The notes below the pieces were generated by a model that worked only from the letters and a program-made list of their open reading frames with translations, was not told the origin of the DNA and searched no databases. From Tubulanus polymorphus (taxonomy: Eukaryota > Animalia > Nemertea), in assembly GCF_964204645.1 (NCBI RefSeq), contig NC_134034.1, positions 12,846,962-12,910,961 on the forward strand: a stretch of DNA of 64,000 nucleotides, in the 5' to 3' direction. Shown piece by piece: positions 36,501 to 48,400 of this stretch. The translations under genes and the position numbers were made by a program. Position 1 is the stretch's first letter. Every line of letters begins with the position of its first letter.

Positions 36501-37443
36501 ACATATTTGTTATTCGTGTTACCAGTACATGTTTGTGGTACATGTGCATCTTACATATTTGTCATACATATTAAGGTTTGTGGTACATATTCATGTTACA
36601 TATTTGAGAATCATGTGCATGTTACATGTTTGTCATATATGTTACATGTTTGTGATACATTTGCATGTAACATGTTTGTCATATATGTTACATGTTTGTG
36701 ATACATTTGCATGTAACATGTTTGTCATACATGTTACATGTTTGTCATTCATGATATATGTTTTTGGTGTAAATGTGCATGTAACATGTTTTGTTGTACA
36801 TGTACTTGTAACATGTAGATGTTTACTTACAGGGAGCGGTCCAACCCATCATATCGTCGTCAATTCTCAATCGTGTCTCGATCGATGGCGAATTCAATCT
36901 GAATAAAATCCGTTCTTTAAGCTCGGCGACAGTCTGTGTGGTGAAAATACAAATCGGCCTCGCGAGGCCCAGGCGAAGTTAGTTTCATTACGAGGAGCCT
37001 AAATCGATTTTAGGATTCTGAACGTTTGCTTACCGCATATTCCGGAGTTTGAATCTTAAATACAGTAGGATATTTACTAGAGACAGCTGCAGTGCCCGTA
37101 GCGCCCGTACCGCCCGTTGTATCGGCTGAGTTTGTTTCTGTATGATTACAATGATTCTCGACTGTTACCGTAATCAGTTGATCTGTCACCGGTACCGGGT
37201 TACCGTGGTTACGGACGTCGTTCTGTTGTATGAATTCGCTCGTATCGACGCAGTTGATCGCGCATAAATCGGTGAGTTTACATTCGTCTAACGTGAATCC
37301 GTCGTTAACGCGTTCGAGTATCGTATACTGACCGGTCTTATCTGAAATATTCGACACAGTTGAATCCGCTTGAAATTCGGATAAATTTCGGACCGACGAA
37401 TTTCATCCGGTTTACGAGAAATCCGGATTTAAAATCATTTTCT

Positions 37444-37515
<72 letters not shown>

Positions 37516-40500
37516 CGATGAACAATTGGGCTGCAAATATTGTCCGGGTTAGACCAAAATTAGACTAAAATCCGTATTGAGCAGGTTTGACTGTACTTAA
37601 CCAACTAACCGAGGCACAGGGCTACCCAATTCTACTAAGTGCTGACTGTAACAGGTTGGGGCCAGTTGCTCAGAGTAGAATGCCATAGAGCTGATTGAAA
37701 TTGCATTTTTACCGTGGTATTTGTCCGCCATTAGAAGTTTTTCAAATTTTTTTCATTCTTGCTTTCTTTTGAGAACGTAATTCTAAGGTCACTGATATCA
37801 TACGATACTTTTTTGCCACCTCCCTCTCGTAGCTGGCTTTCAAGGGTTAAGAATTGGACTGTAAGTTAGGTGAGGAGGGCGAGTCGTACCTTCAAATGAA
37901 TTCAGCGCTGATAATTCACAATCATTGTACGTCAGAAGCAGACGTTCGCACACTAAAATACGTAATTCCCCGAGAGTGAGACTTTTCGGGTAACCCTCCG
38001 ACCACTGATTCACCATAGACTTCTGAACTGTCAGTAAAATCGGTTCGTGTTCGAGTCCGGTTAGAATAAATTTACCGGCGACCTGAAAAAAAAAAAACAA
38101 GCAGTCATTACTTCATCAGTTCAGTGGGCAGACGGAGGGGTCATGTGACATTGATTGACAGTAGCGGGAGGGGCCTTACGTACTTGTTGTCCATCCCACA
38201 CAAACACCATACAATTACTACTCAATTGAAATTCTTTTATACATTTTTCATCCTCTGAAATAACAAAATATAACCAGGTAACGAAATCCATAATCATAGG
38301 ACTGGGTCGGAGGCTGGAACTAGGTCAGGGAGTCTGTGGAATTAGGTCAGGGATTCTGAAGACCTACTAGGTCAGGAAGTCTGCGGAACTAGGTCAGGGA
38401 TTTATGGAATTGGGTCAGGGATTCTGTGAAACTAGGTCAGGGATTCTGAAGAACTAGGTCAGGAAGTCTGCGGAACTAGGTCAGGGATTCTGTGGTCAAT
38501 GAATACCTGATATTTGTTCATACAGATGAATGCCTGCTATCGTATCCTTAGCGACGTGAACTGTAAAACCGGGTGAAGGTCGTTTGAGTATTGATTGTAT
38601 TTCTGATATCAGTTCGCGCACGCGTTTCCTCTGATCGATTTTTACCGACAGATGTTGCGGCTCGATTCCCTCTCGTTGTTGTACAGCGCCACCTACGACG
38701 TCGTAATTCTCCGCCAGTAATATCTCGATATCGATCGTATTCGCCGCAATCTCGAACGCGGCTCTGAAAATATCGGAGATATCGAAATTCCAGAATCGAT
38801 TCAAATACGGACAGAGTAACCTTGACAAAATACCTTTGTTGAATGAGTTGATCGTTGCACTCGGCGACCTCGTCTCTCAACCAATCGGGAACGTCGTCTG
38901 TACCACTAGTAGCGCCCCCTAGTGATCGTAGTCGATAGAACAGCATATAAGCGCTCTCTCGTCCCGAGTATTGTTTCTCTAGTTGTTCAGTTTGTATCGC
39001 TTGGACGCGAGTATCGTTAAAATCGTACCAACAATACCCGTTAGGGGGCGCCGGCGACGTCGACCTATACATATAAGATGAAATAGATTATCGTCCAGTT
39101 CGACGCTAGACGCGTCAATTCTACGCACGGTTCTCTATTTACCGGTTCTGCTGCTGATTCGCGCGTTCGTCTTCGTTCGTTTCGACGTTTTTCAAACGGA
39201 CGCAATTCGAACCGGATTCAAACGCGAACACGTCGTCGTGTTTCCTTAAAAACTTCACGGAGAAAAAAAACAAGCATGAAACGCGACCGTAGAAATAGGT
39301 CCGTTGGGTGGCGGGGGGGCTATAATCATCATTCAGTTCACACCCCAGGATCCAGTTCCTCAGTTGTGAGTTCAGAGTAAACTCTGAGTTAAAGTTAGTT
39401 CATTTTCAAAGTTTGAAACTGTATCGTCAAATCTTGACAGAGGACCGACTGCTCAAACTGGATCCCGCTCTTAACAACAGAGCCACAACCAAAATCAATT
39501 CGGAACTGTGGAACTGGTGGACCCAGAGTTATAGATGAAATTGAAGTGAAGGTCAACATTCTGGGACCGGTGTCTCGAACAGGGCCTCGGTTGATTCAAC
39601 ATTTTGAGACCGGTGTCTCGAACAGGGCCTCGGTTGATTCAACATTTTGGGACAGGTGTCTCGAACAGGGCCTCGGTTGATTCAACATTTTGAGACCGGT
39701 GTCTCGAACGGGGCCTCGGTTGATTCAACATTTTGAGACCGGTGTCTCGAACAGGGCCTCGGTTGATTCAACATTCTGGGACTAGTGTCTCGAACAGGGC
39801 CTCGGTTGATTCAACATTTTGGGACCGGTGTCTCGAACAGGGCCTCGGTGGAATATTTACCTTATTTATGGAACCGTTATTCTTCTTGAAGCGTTTATTC
39901 CATGAAACCCCGGTTTGTTTTACCAATTCCTGTTCGATAATCAAACACATAGTTACCTTTAGTAAACAGATAATACATGTACACGGGTACACAGATAATA
40001 CATGTACACAGACGAGTAGGGTGCGATCTAATCACATGTCCGATTGCCGGGATAAGTATATTCCCATTACAGGGTCCGAGCTAAGGAATGAAATCCACTT
40101 GCCCCGGGGAAAGCATATCTGATATTTTGCTTGCCCCCTCCAAAAGTACTTGCCCTACACAGGCAGTCTGATTGGTGGCACTATCATCTGTTGTATCCAG
40201 TGGGAAAAAAACTTTGTGACATGAAATTACACTAGCCCGGGGGACTAGTGATAATGATTACCTACTTGCCCTGATGAGAATATACTTGTCCTGGGCAATC
40301 GGACAAGTGCTTAGATTGCACCCTGCATTAGGGGCAAGTAGTTTAGTCATTTTCATTCGACTACCGGGCTAGTGCATATGTATGTCTCCAAGCTTTTATC
40401 CCAATCGATGAAACGGATGATTGTGCCACCAATTGGACAACATGTCAAGGGTAAGTGAAATATCGGGTACACCTGTCCCCGGGCAGCAAGTGGCTTTTGT

Positions 40501-43500
40501 TCCTTAGATCGGACCCTGGGTGAAACTTACGCTGCAAATGTTATCAATAGTGATCGGATGAGGAGCAGCCCTGGCGAGTATCTCTCTCATTAAATCAACC
40601 GGAGAATCAAACTCGATTAGATCCGTAGTAGCTGTTGCTGGTTTACTGCTAACTGCTGCAGCTGCTGCATCATCCTACAAATAGACAATACATATCATAG
40701 AGCGAGACAGAGACAGAAATGTCAGACAAACACAGACATAGCTGCCAGACAGCCAGAAATGTCAGATTCGCACAGACATAGCCCACCAGACAGCCAGAAA
40801 TGTCAGATTCGCACAGACATAGCCCGCCAGACAGCCAGAAATGTCAGATTCTCACAGACATAACCCGCCAGACAGCCAGAAATGTCAGATTCGCACAGAC
40901 ATAACCCGCCAGACAGCCAGAAATGTCAGATTCGCACAGACATAGCTGCCAGACAGCCAGAAATGTCAGATTCGCACAGACATAGCCTGCCAGACAGCCA
41001 GAAATGTCAGATTCGCACAGACATAGCCCGCCAGACAGCCAGAAATGTCTGACAAACAGACGGACAGACAGTTTACTTACCGGATGAGTCCAGTTAGCTA
41101 GTGATTGTATATCTCTAATGAAGGCGTGATAATGTCCACCGTGAGTACTACCACTGTGTATTAATACTGAATATAATTCATACTCCGTTTCTTCATTACA
41201 ACTGATCTAAAATCAAAACTAACAGTCATTTCATTCTACATTTCACTTCTACGGAGGGAGCCATCTCGCCTGGTTTTCAGGAAGGAATGCGATGATGTCA
41301 TAGGGGGATTCACGGAACTCAGTGTTTGAAGACGGCTGGGAGAGTTGTGGAGAGGACACATTAAGTAATGATGGTTGATGCTCACATTTTCCTCACAATA
41401 TTTCCTCATGTCGATAGTTTGGGGATACGTAAATTTTCCTGTCTCTTTGTATCGTTCCATTTTCTCGAAATTGAAGCTGAATCTCAACAACGAGATCGTT
41501 AGAATCGACGGCAGTTTACGGATTTTTACTCCCTGCAAAAAAACAAAATAATAAAACATACAAATAATCTACAAAATTCACCATTTGTCCACGACGCTCG
41601 GTTCTTACAGATCAGGCCTTCTATAATTCTCTGGGTCCGGTTTTATAGACTGGTATTACCTGAATGGAGTTAAAGTTAATACCAGTCTATCAGTGAGGAC
41701 TGTTTCTTATCAAGAGGTTCCTTGCGTCACTCGTCACCAGCAACAACAACAAGACACCAAAAATTCAAAATCCCTGATTGAATTACTAGATATCCTCAGT
41801 GAGGGCTGTTTCTCATCAAGAGGTTCCTTGTGTCACTCGTCACCAGCAACAACAACAAGACACCAAAAATTCAAATTCCCTGATTTTCAAGAAAGAGTGA
41901 GAATTCCGTTTTTTCCTGAACTGTAAGAACCCTCAGATTATGTGGTACAAAATTTTTCACTTTGATTATTTTGATCAATTTGTGGTGTATAAAACACCAA
42001 TCATCTGAGAGGGCGCCACTTGTAGTGATTACTAGTTTTGATGTTTAGAACACATTAATCACACGAGCATTTTTTGGCCCGGGCAAAATTTGGCCCGGAA
42101 CAACTGTTCACACGCGTGCCAAATGGGCCTGGGCCAAATTTGGCCCGACTAAAAACGTCAGACCAGGCCCGAGCCAAATTTTAGCACCAGACAAATGATT
42201 GCGTTTGAATTGCAACTGGTACCGGAAATGTAATCTAATTAGGCACGGGCCAAATTTGGCCCGAGCCTGATCCGTGTCAATTTGGCTCGGGCCAAATCAT
42301 CTCCGTGTGATCGCGGCGAATATTCCATGGTGGCGACGATTTATGGTTCGTTTTCAATTTCATTTACTCTCAAACCCATTACAAGTATGAGAGGGACAAC
42401 AACACAACTTACAGATCTAATAACACAAAACACGGGTAGAAAGATAACCATTTCAAAAACACAATATATACGTTTAAATTAACAAACAGAAATAAGATGA
42501 GTTATTTATAACAGCTATAAACATACATTCAAATAAAACACTACCAAAAAAATAGAGAATACTACAAGTGGCGCCCTCTGGCAGTGTTTTCAATAAGAGT
42601 CAGGTCCCAGGTCCCGGACCCGTCTGTCGTTTGTAAAGGACCCGCCTGTTTTTTCAAACCAGCTTTCATTTCCGGGACTGTGACATATTATGGGACCCTC
42701 CTGTTTTTCAAAGGGACCTGGCTTGTTAATTTCTTATTGAAAACACTGTCTGGGAGATGATTCACTTACCCGTTCAGCGTCAACGAGTCTCTGGCAATTT
42801 TCACATCGATACTGATTATTTCCGTCCATTGTTTCCACGTCGACGTAATCATTGTTTAAACTCATCTCGAGGCTCTGCATTCCGGCAACTGTCACCGTTA
42901 AATCGAGAAAATCCTCCTGAAAAAAAACAACAAAAACAATCGTCGCGTTTTAACACAAATAAACAGCACAATTTCCTCTCTGCCTTTATCCATTCCTCCC
43001 TCTCTCCTCCCCTTTCTCCCCTCCCTCTCATTATCTCTCTATTTCTCCCTCTCTCTCCTCCCTCTAATTATCTCTCTATCTCTTCCTCTTCTCCCTCACC
43101 TCTCTTCATTTCCCACTCTCTACATCTCCCTCTCTCTCCTCCCCTCTCCCCTCTCCTTTCCCTTCCATCTCCCTCCATCCAACCCAAACCCAAGCTGAGA
43201 AAGTTATGGATTTAAACGGTCTCACCCCCTCGCCTCTCTTCTTACCTCTCTCTCACTGATTCTATGACACTGTTTACAGATGATCTGGTTCACCACCGTT
43301 CCGTGGTAAAGTCGTTTTATGAAATCATGTCCGGACGTGCCGTACAAGGATTCCTCGATCGCCGAGAATAGAATGCGGTTTAATTCCTGAACGTCGTGTT
43401 GATGCAGCTCCTGTTTATATATAACGCGAAAATGAATAGAAACATTAGAACGATGACGAGGGAAAATAGATCGGAAGCAATGTCCGCCAGGGGCCAGTTG

Positions 43501-44550
43501 CACAGTCATCAGATCTAAGTAAAAAAGTGTTCTTAAATGTTAAGACTGGTCTTAAGTTGTTAGATTGGCTATCGAACTGAGTTGGTCTTAGAATGGTCTT
43601 AAGTCTAAGCCGTGATTGTGCGACCGGCCCTGCAGATGATTTAAAACGGAAGAGATGCCGGGATGAAAGATTGCCAATGTGATACCAAGGAGTCGTAGGG
43701 ACCCTATGAAAACAAACTTATTACTTTTATTCTGGATACCATTCGAAATATTTTGATCTTAGAATAGGGATTGACCCTGCTATTTATTTGATCGGTAGAT
43801 TTTGTTTAAATTTTTAGATTCGGTGTCCCTTACGAACCCACCACGCCTGCCGGGTGCAAAACTGGCCGGGTTTGAATGTGAAATCGGAAATTGAATATAT
43901 TTGTGTGATCGGCGGTCGAATTTACAGAATTGATCGGCGGTCGAATTTACAGAATTTAACCAACGTCTGCTAAAAAATATCGACCAAATCCAAATTTTCG
44001 AAAATTTTAATTTCAAGTGATTTTTACCTCGCTGTTCGTCCAACCGAAACTATCCGTTAATTCGGTCGTCGACGTGAACTGTTGATCGAGCAGCAACAGA
44101 CGCGAGAATAACTTCTGAATTTGAATCGGAATAATTCGAACTTTCTTCGACGAACGGTCATCGTTGTTTTCGCGCCGTTGATCTTCAATACGTCCGAGCT
44201 CGTCCGGACCCAGATTAAACAACGCCGCTTCAAATAAAGATAGATATTATACATAAAATACGTGAATTAATTTCTGATGATATAATTTCGGGACCCGCAA
44301 ACAAATAATAACAATAATCACCTCTAAATTCTGGGGTCATAAACAGGGTCTGTAATAAACTGTTCAGATAACAGGTGGCGCCTTGATTCGATATACCGCA
44401 TAATCGGTGTTCCGGTCTCGGCGGGGGCGGAGCTTCAACTCCTAGTTTCGTCGTAGATATCGCTGTTGGTTTATGATTAACAGATGTCGCCGAGGCGGCG
44501 GAGGAGGCTGCGGTCTGTGCCGTATCCTCAACAAATAAATCCCCAAACAT
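33528..44550 (-). CDS. USP40: Ubiquitin carboxyl-terminal hydrolase 40
   Basis: Start MFGDLF, Cys box [41 protein letters not shown], His box [24 protein letters not shown]-terminus ..LTIKVDRFR*. Exons approx. 44322-44550, 44028-44229, 43246-43410, 42770-42916, 41386-41533, 41080-41206, 40531-40675, 39861-39929, 39143-39245, 38834-39064, 38507-38764, 38184-38254, 37890-38082, 37034-37341, 36830-36898, 36344-36432, 36122-36252, 35914-36055, 35737-35833, 35411-35634, 35266-35330, 34567-34793, 34394-34487, 34186-34286, 33528-33651. Confidence 0.95.
36440..36828. repeat. Degenerate ACATGT-core repeat filling a USP40 intron
   Basis: TACATGTTTG periodicity. Confidence 0.9.
37446..37515. repeat. 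(TA)n microsatellite (others: about 56445-56500 TA; 10415-10610 AAT/TAT)
   Basis: Read directly from the sequence. Confidence 0.95.
38320..38495. repeat. About 21-bp minisatellite
   Basis: GAACTAGGTCAGGGATTCTGT repeated about 8 times. Confidence 0.9.
39555..39850. repeat. 43-bp minisatellite, about 7 copies
   Basis: CAACATTTTGAGACCGGTGTCTCGAACAGGGCCTCGGTTGATT repeated. Confidence 0.95.
40017..40518. mobile_element. CAGG-ended (hAT-like) MITE with a same-family copy nested inside (40070-40325)
   Basis: TIR CAGGGT(C/G)C(G/A)ATCTAAG. The inner copy is inverted and flanked by CATTA/CATTA. Confidence 0.72.
40712..41055. repeat. 41-bp minisatellite, about 8 copies
   Basis: GACAGCCAGAAATGTCAGATTCGCACAGACATAGCCCGCCA repeated. 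Confidence 0.95.
41991..42590. mobile_element. Inverted-repeat element (AGAGGGCGCCACTTGTAGT) containing a second MITE (about 42058-42316, GGGCCAAATTTGGCCC subrepeats)
   Basis: 19-bp perfect inverted repeat at 42008-42026 and 42561-42579. The inner element is bounded by TCACACG/CGTGTGA. Confidence 0.55.
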
Positions 44551-45435
44551 TTTTTTAGGACGCAGGATTTCACAATTCAGTGTAACCAGCTTAAGAAATC
44601 TAGTTCAGAAACCTGCCGCTGAGGGCGCTGGTATCAGGCAGTGCGTCTTATCGTGTTTCACTCAAAATACCGAAATCTTAGCGTCAAAAACCAGGTGGCC
44701 TCTCAGGGCAGGTTCTGGAAAATCTGCAGAATGACTCATATGTGATTTTATCCTATTTATTTTTATTCATGGGCGCGGCCATATTGGATCCACAATTCAA
44801 TTCAATTCAATTCTTTATTGCCACTTAGAACGGATTTACAACACAAAGCACGCACTATTCCCCGGGAAGCCCAAACTATCACGTAACGGATAAATCGTAA
44901 GCTTACTCGGAGAAGATAATCGAACGCGCTTACAAAAAGAATTAAAGAAATAGAGAATCTGATCCACATCACGAACTATTAACTGAAACGACCAGTCATC
45001 ATCATGGATGTTTTTTGTTTAATAAGTAACTAAACACCTAACAGGTATGGAATCACAAGTAAAGTGATTTATCTAAGGAATTTAGTTATGATAAAGTTTG
45101 TTAACTTTGTGAAATGTGTAATTTGGTAGTTTGAACATTTTCGACGGTTCAGTAAATAGTTTCAGTTCCTAACTTCATTTATATCTTGCAAACAAATTGA
45201 TGAAACGATTATCATAGTTTATCACCCTAATTCCATCTTTGACGATCAAACCTATCTTTAAATAGATTGTATAGCATTTTGAATAATTTTTAAATTATTT
45301 TACTATCAAAATTGACTCCTAGATTCAACAATAATCCAATTGATGCGTCTTATCGGTTCAGCCAGATGGGTAGACATTTCAATTCAATACAAATTAATCG
45401 AATAAAGCGGCGAAAAACACGTGTGTGATTTCAGG
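44551..45435. promoter_or_regulatory. Compact divergent promoter region USP40 / POLR1B
   Basis: Start codons are 886 bp apart on opposite strands. YY1-like GCGGCCATATT near 44774; ETS-like GGAAG cores. Confidence 0.55.
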
Positions 45436-48400
45436 ATGACAGCTGAAAACGAGGGGTTACGCCTTTTAACGGACCCTAATTACGGCAAACCTAGAAAAAA
45501 ACAACTACAAGTACGCATTTATAATTATTGTTAATTGCGGGCACTTGTCACTCGTTGTGTATTGCGCAATCAGTTCTGACTGGCAATGTTCTGTCCGGTG
45601 TGTTTACATACGATCGAATCAATTCAATTCAAAAAACACCCAGCACACCTCGGCACCAAATTATCAGTGATTATTAAAACAGGAAATATGAGTGGGGGTC
45701 TGTTTTGGAAAACTCCTGGTCTAAATAATCATCGCCCGACAGGGATTCGAACCGATGGCATGGCTACACTCAGCCACGGCATAAAACCCTGCCACATAAG
45801 ACGGCCCCAAAAACTTGCGGCACCAATCAGATTGCTCGTTGTGTAATCGCTCGGGCAAATTTAACGGATAAACTATGGAAAAACCTGGGCTAGAATAACT
45901 AGTATTTCTGATTGGCTGATAGTGACATCATCTAAGCTGTGCACCAGGGGCCAGTTGCACAGTTGTGACTTAAGTTCAAAAGTGGTCTTAAATCTTAAGA
46001 CTGGTCTTAAGTTGTTAGATTGGCTATAGAACTAAGTTGGTCTTAGACTGGTCTTAAGCCTAAGCCATGACTATGCAACCGGCCCCAGGGTTTCGGTATA
46101 GTGGCGACTCTTAGGATGTCATCAGGTTCGAATCCCTACTGCCAGTCGGAGGTATCTAGCTCTGCCCTCCCCTCGTCTCCCGTTCTGTTGCGTTCAGTAG
46201 CAATCTCCTCTCATTTCAGTCGTTACAGAATCTGGTGAAACCTCACATCGATTCGTTTAACTATTTCGTAAACGAAGGCTTGAAAACGTGTTGTAAGGTA
46301 ATCATTGAAAATTCGGATCGCGCACCTAAAAAAAAAACAATTAAAATTCGGTCGATTGAAGAGTTTAATTTTCTGTTTTTCATTTATTTAGTTTTTGAAT
46401 CCGGTTGAATTCGTTTTGCCTCGAAACGATCAAAATAAAGAACTCGAACAGAAAATCTGTTTGGATATATTGGTAAGTTTTCAATTCCTCCTGGGGTGAA
46501 CTCAGTTCTGTGAACTCCGTGAACTTTTCCTAACCGCAGGTGAACTCAGTTCTGCGAACTCCGTGAACTCTTCCTAACTGTAGGTGAACTCAGTTCTGCG
46601 AACTCTGGGAACTCTTCCTAACCGTAGGTGAACTCAGTTCTGCGAACTCCGTGAACTCCTCCTAACCGCAGGTGAACTCAGTTCTGTGAACTCCGTGAAC
46701 TCTTCCTAACCGCAGGTGAACTCAGTTCTGTGAACTCTGTGAACTCTTCCTAACCGTAGGTGAACTCAGTTCTGTGAACTCTGTGAACTCTTCCTAACCG
46801 TAGGTGAACTCAGTTCTGCGAACTCCGTGAACTCTTCCTAACCGCAGGTGAACTCAGTTCTGTGAACTCTGTGAACTCTTCCTAACCGTAGGTGAACTCA
46901 GTTCTGCGAACTCCGTGAACTCCTCCTAACCGCAGGTGAACTCAGTTCTGTGAACTCTGTGAACTCTTCCTAACCGTAGGTGAACTCAGTTCTGTGAACT
47001 CTTCCTAACTGTTGGTGAACTCAGTTCTGTGAACTCCGTGAACTCTTCCTAACCGCAGGTGAACTCAGTTCTGTGAACTCTTCCTAACTGTTGGTGAACT
47101 CAGTTCTGTGAACTCTGTGAACTCTTCCTAACCGTAGGTGAACTCAGTTCTGTGAACTCTTCCTAACTGTTGGTGAACTCAGTTCTGTGAACTCCGTGAA
47201 CTCTTCCTAACCGCAGGCGAACTCAGTTCTGCGAACTCCATCTCTGAACTTCTTCGGTGAACTCCTTGCTGAACTCAGTGAACTCCTCTTTGAACTGTCT
47301 TAATCCTTTCAGATTGTTTTCAATTTTGTGGCTTTTTTTTTACAGGACGCGCAAATTAGTCGACCTACTGTTGCAAGGGGCAACTTGACAGCTAAATCCC
47401 TGCATGTTTACCCAGCTGAGGTAAGTAGCTCCACCAGCTTAAACAGAAGCAGATGTGATTCACGGTCGTACCTAGCATTTGAATTTTTGCGGCTGTCAAT
47501 CAGCAGTCTGTCCCCACCCCCTTCGACGTCATCCTTTTGAATGGCGAAGTCTGGGTTCGCAAATGGTGCATGCTTGTCATTGTGACACCTAAATTCATTT
47601 TCAAATAAAAATATCTAGGGTTACTGCCTCGGGGAGTGGCTACACCTGGACAAATGGAGTTCGAAAAAAATGGTAATGATAATGATAAAGATATGATCGC
47701 TGCGTTTAGGGAGGGGGGCAGAGAAACCTGAAAAAGGGCAGTTCTATTGGATATAACAATCATATTTGCAAAATGGGCCCCTTTTCCAAAATTTCTGCCA
47801 AACGTGCCGATTGTGAAATGTACTATTTATTGACCACAGTTCGTGTTATTTGTTGTTTTTAGTGTAGAGGGCGCGGCACGTCGTATCGAGGCAAACTATC
47901 GGTTACGCTACAATGGAAAATAGATGGCGTTGTAAGCGGTAGAATAGAAACGCATGTCGGAGAGGTGCCAATCATGGTGAAGGTAATTCTCGAGTATGCC
48001 AACACCTTCGGTTCGATCATCGAATTACGATTCTAACTTACCTGCATTTGTATCGAGATCGACTTCTTGTTGATTTTATCTTATCAGCGCTGTTGCAGCA
48101 AAATAAATGTTCCACGTCAACTTTGACAATTGAATTACTTTCAACGTATCAGTAATTACAGGCACACCCCGGGCTGGACGAGTGGGGTGTAAATTTCTAT
48201 AGGACTCTATGATATTACTGGATTACAAAATCGTCTCCACAGAGCAGCTGGGGGGAGGGGTGTATGATTGAGGGTCATGTTACAGGGGAAAAAAGTTGTC
48301 ACCGTGTAACTGCCGGGGTTATATGACAATCAGTGCCCCCTATCGGTGAATGTTATAACTGTTTATTCGTTACAGTCTGACGTGTGTAATTTGAACGGAT

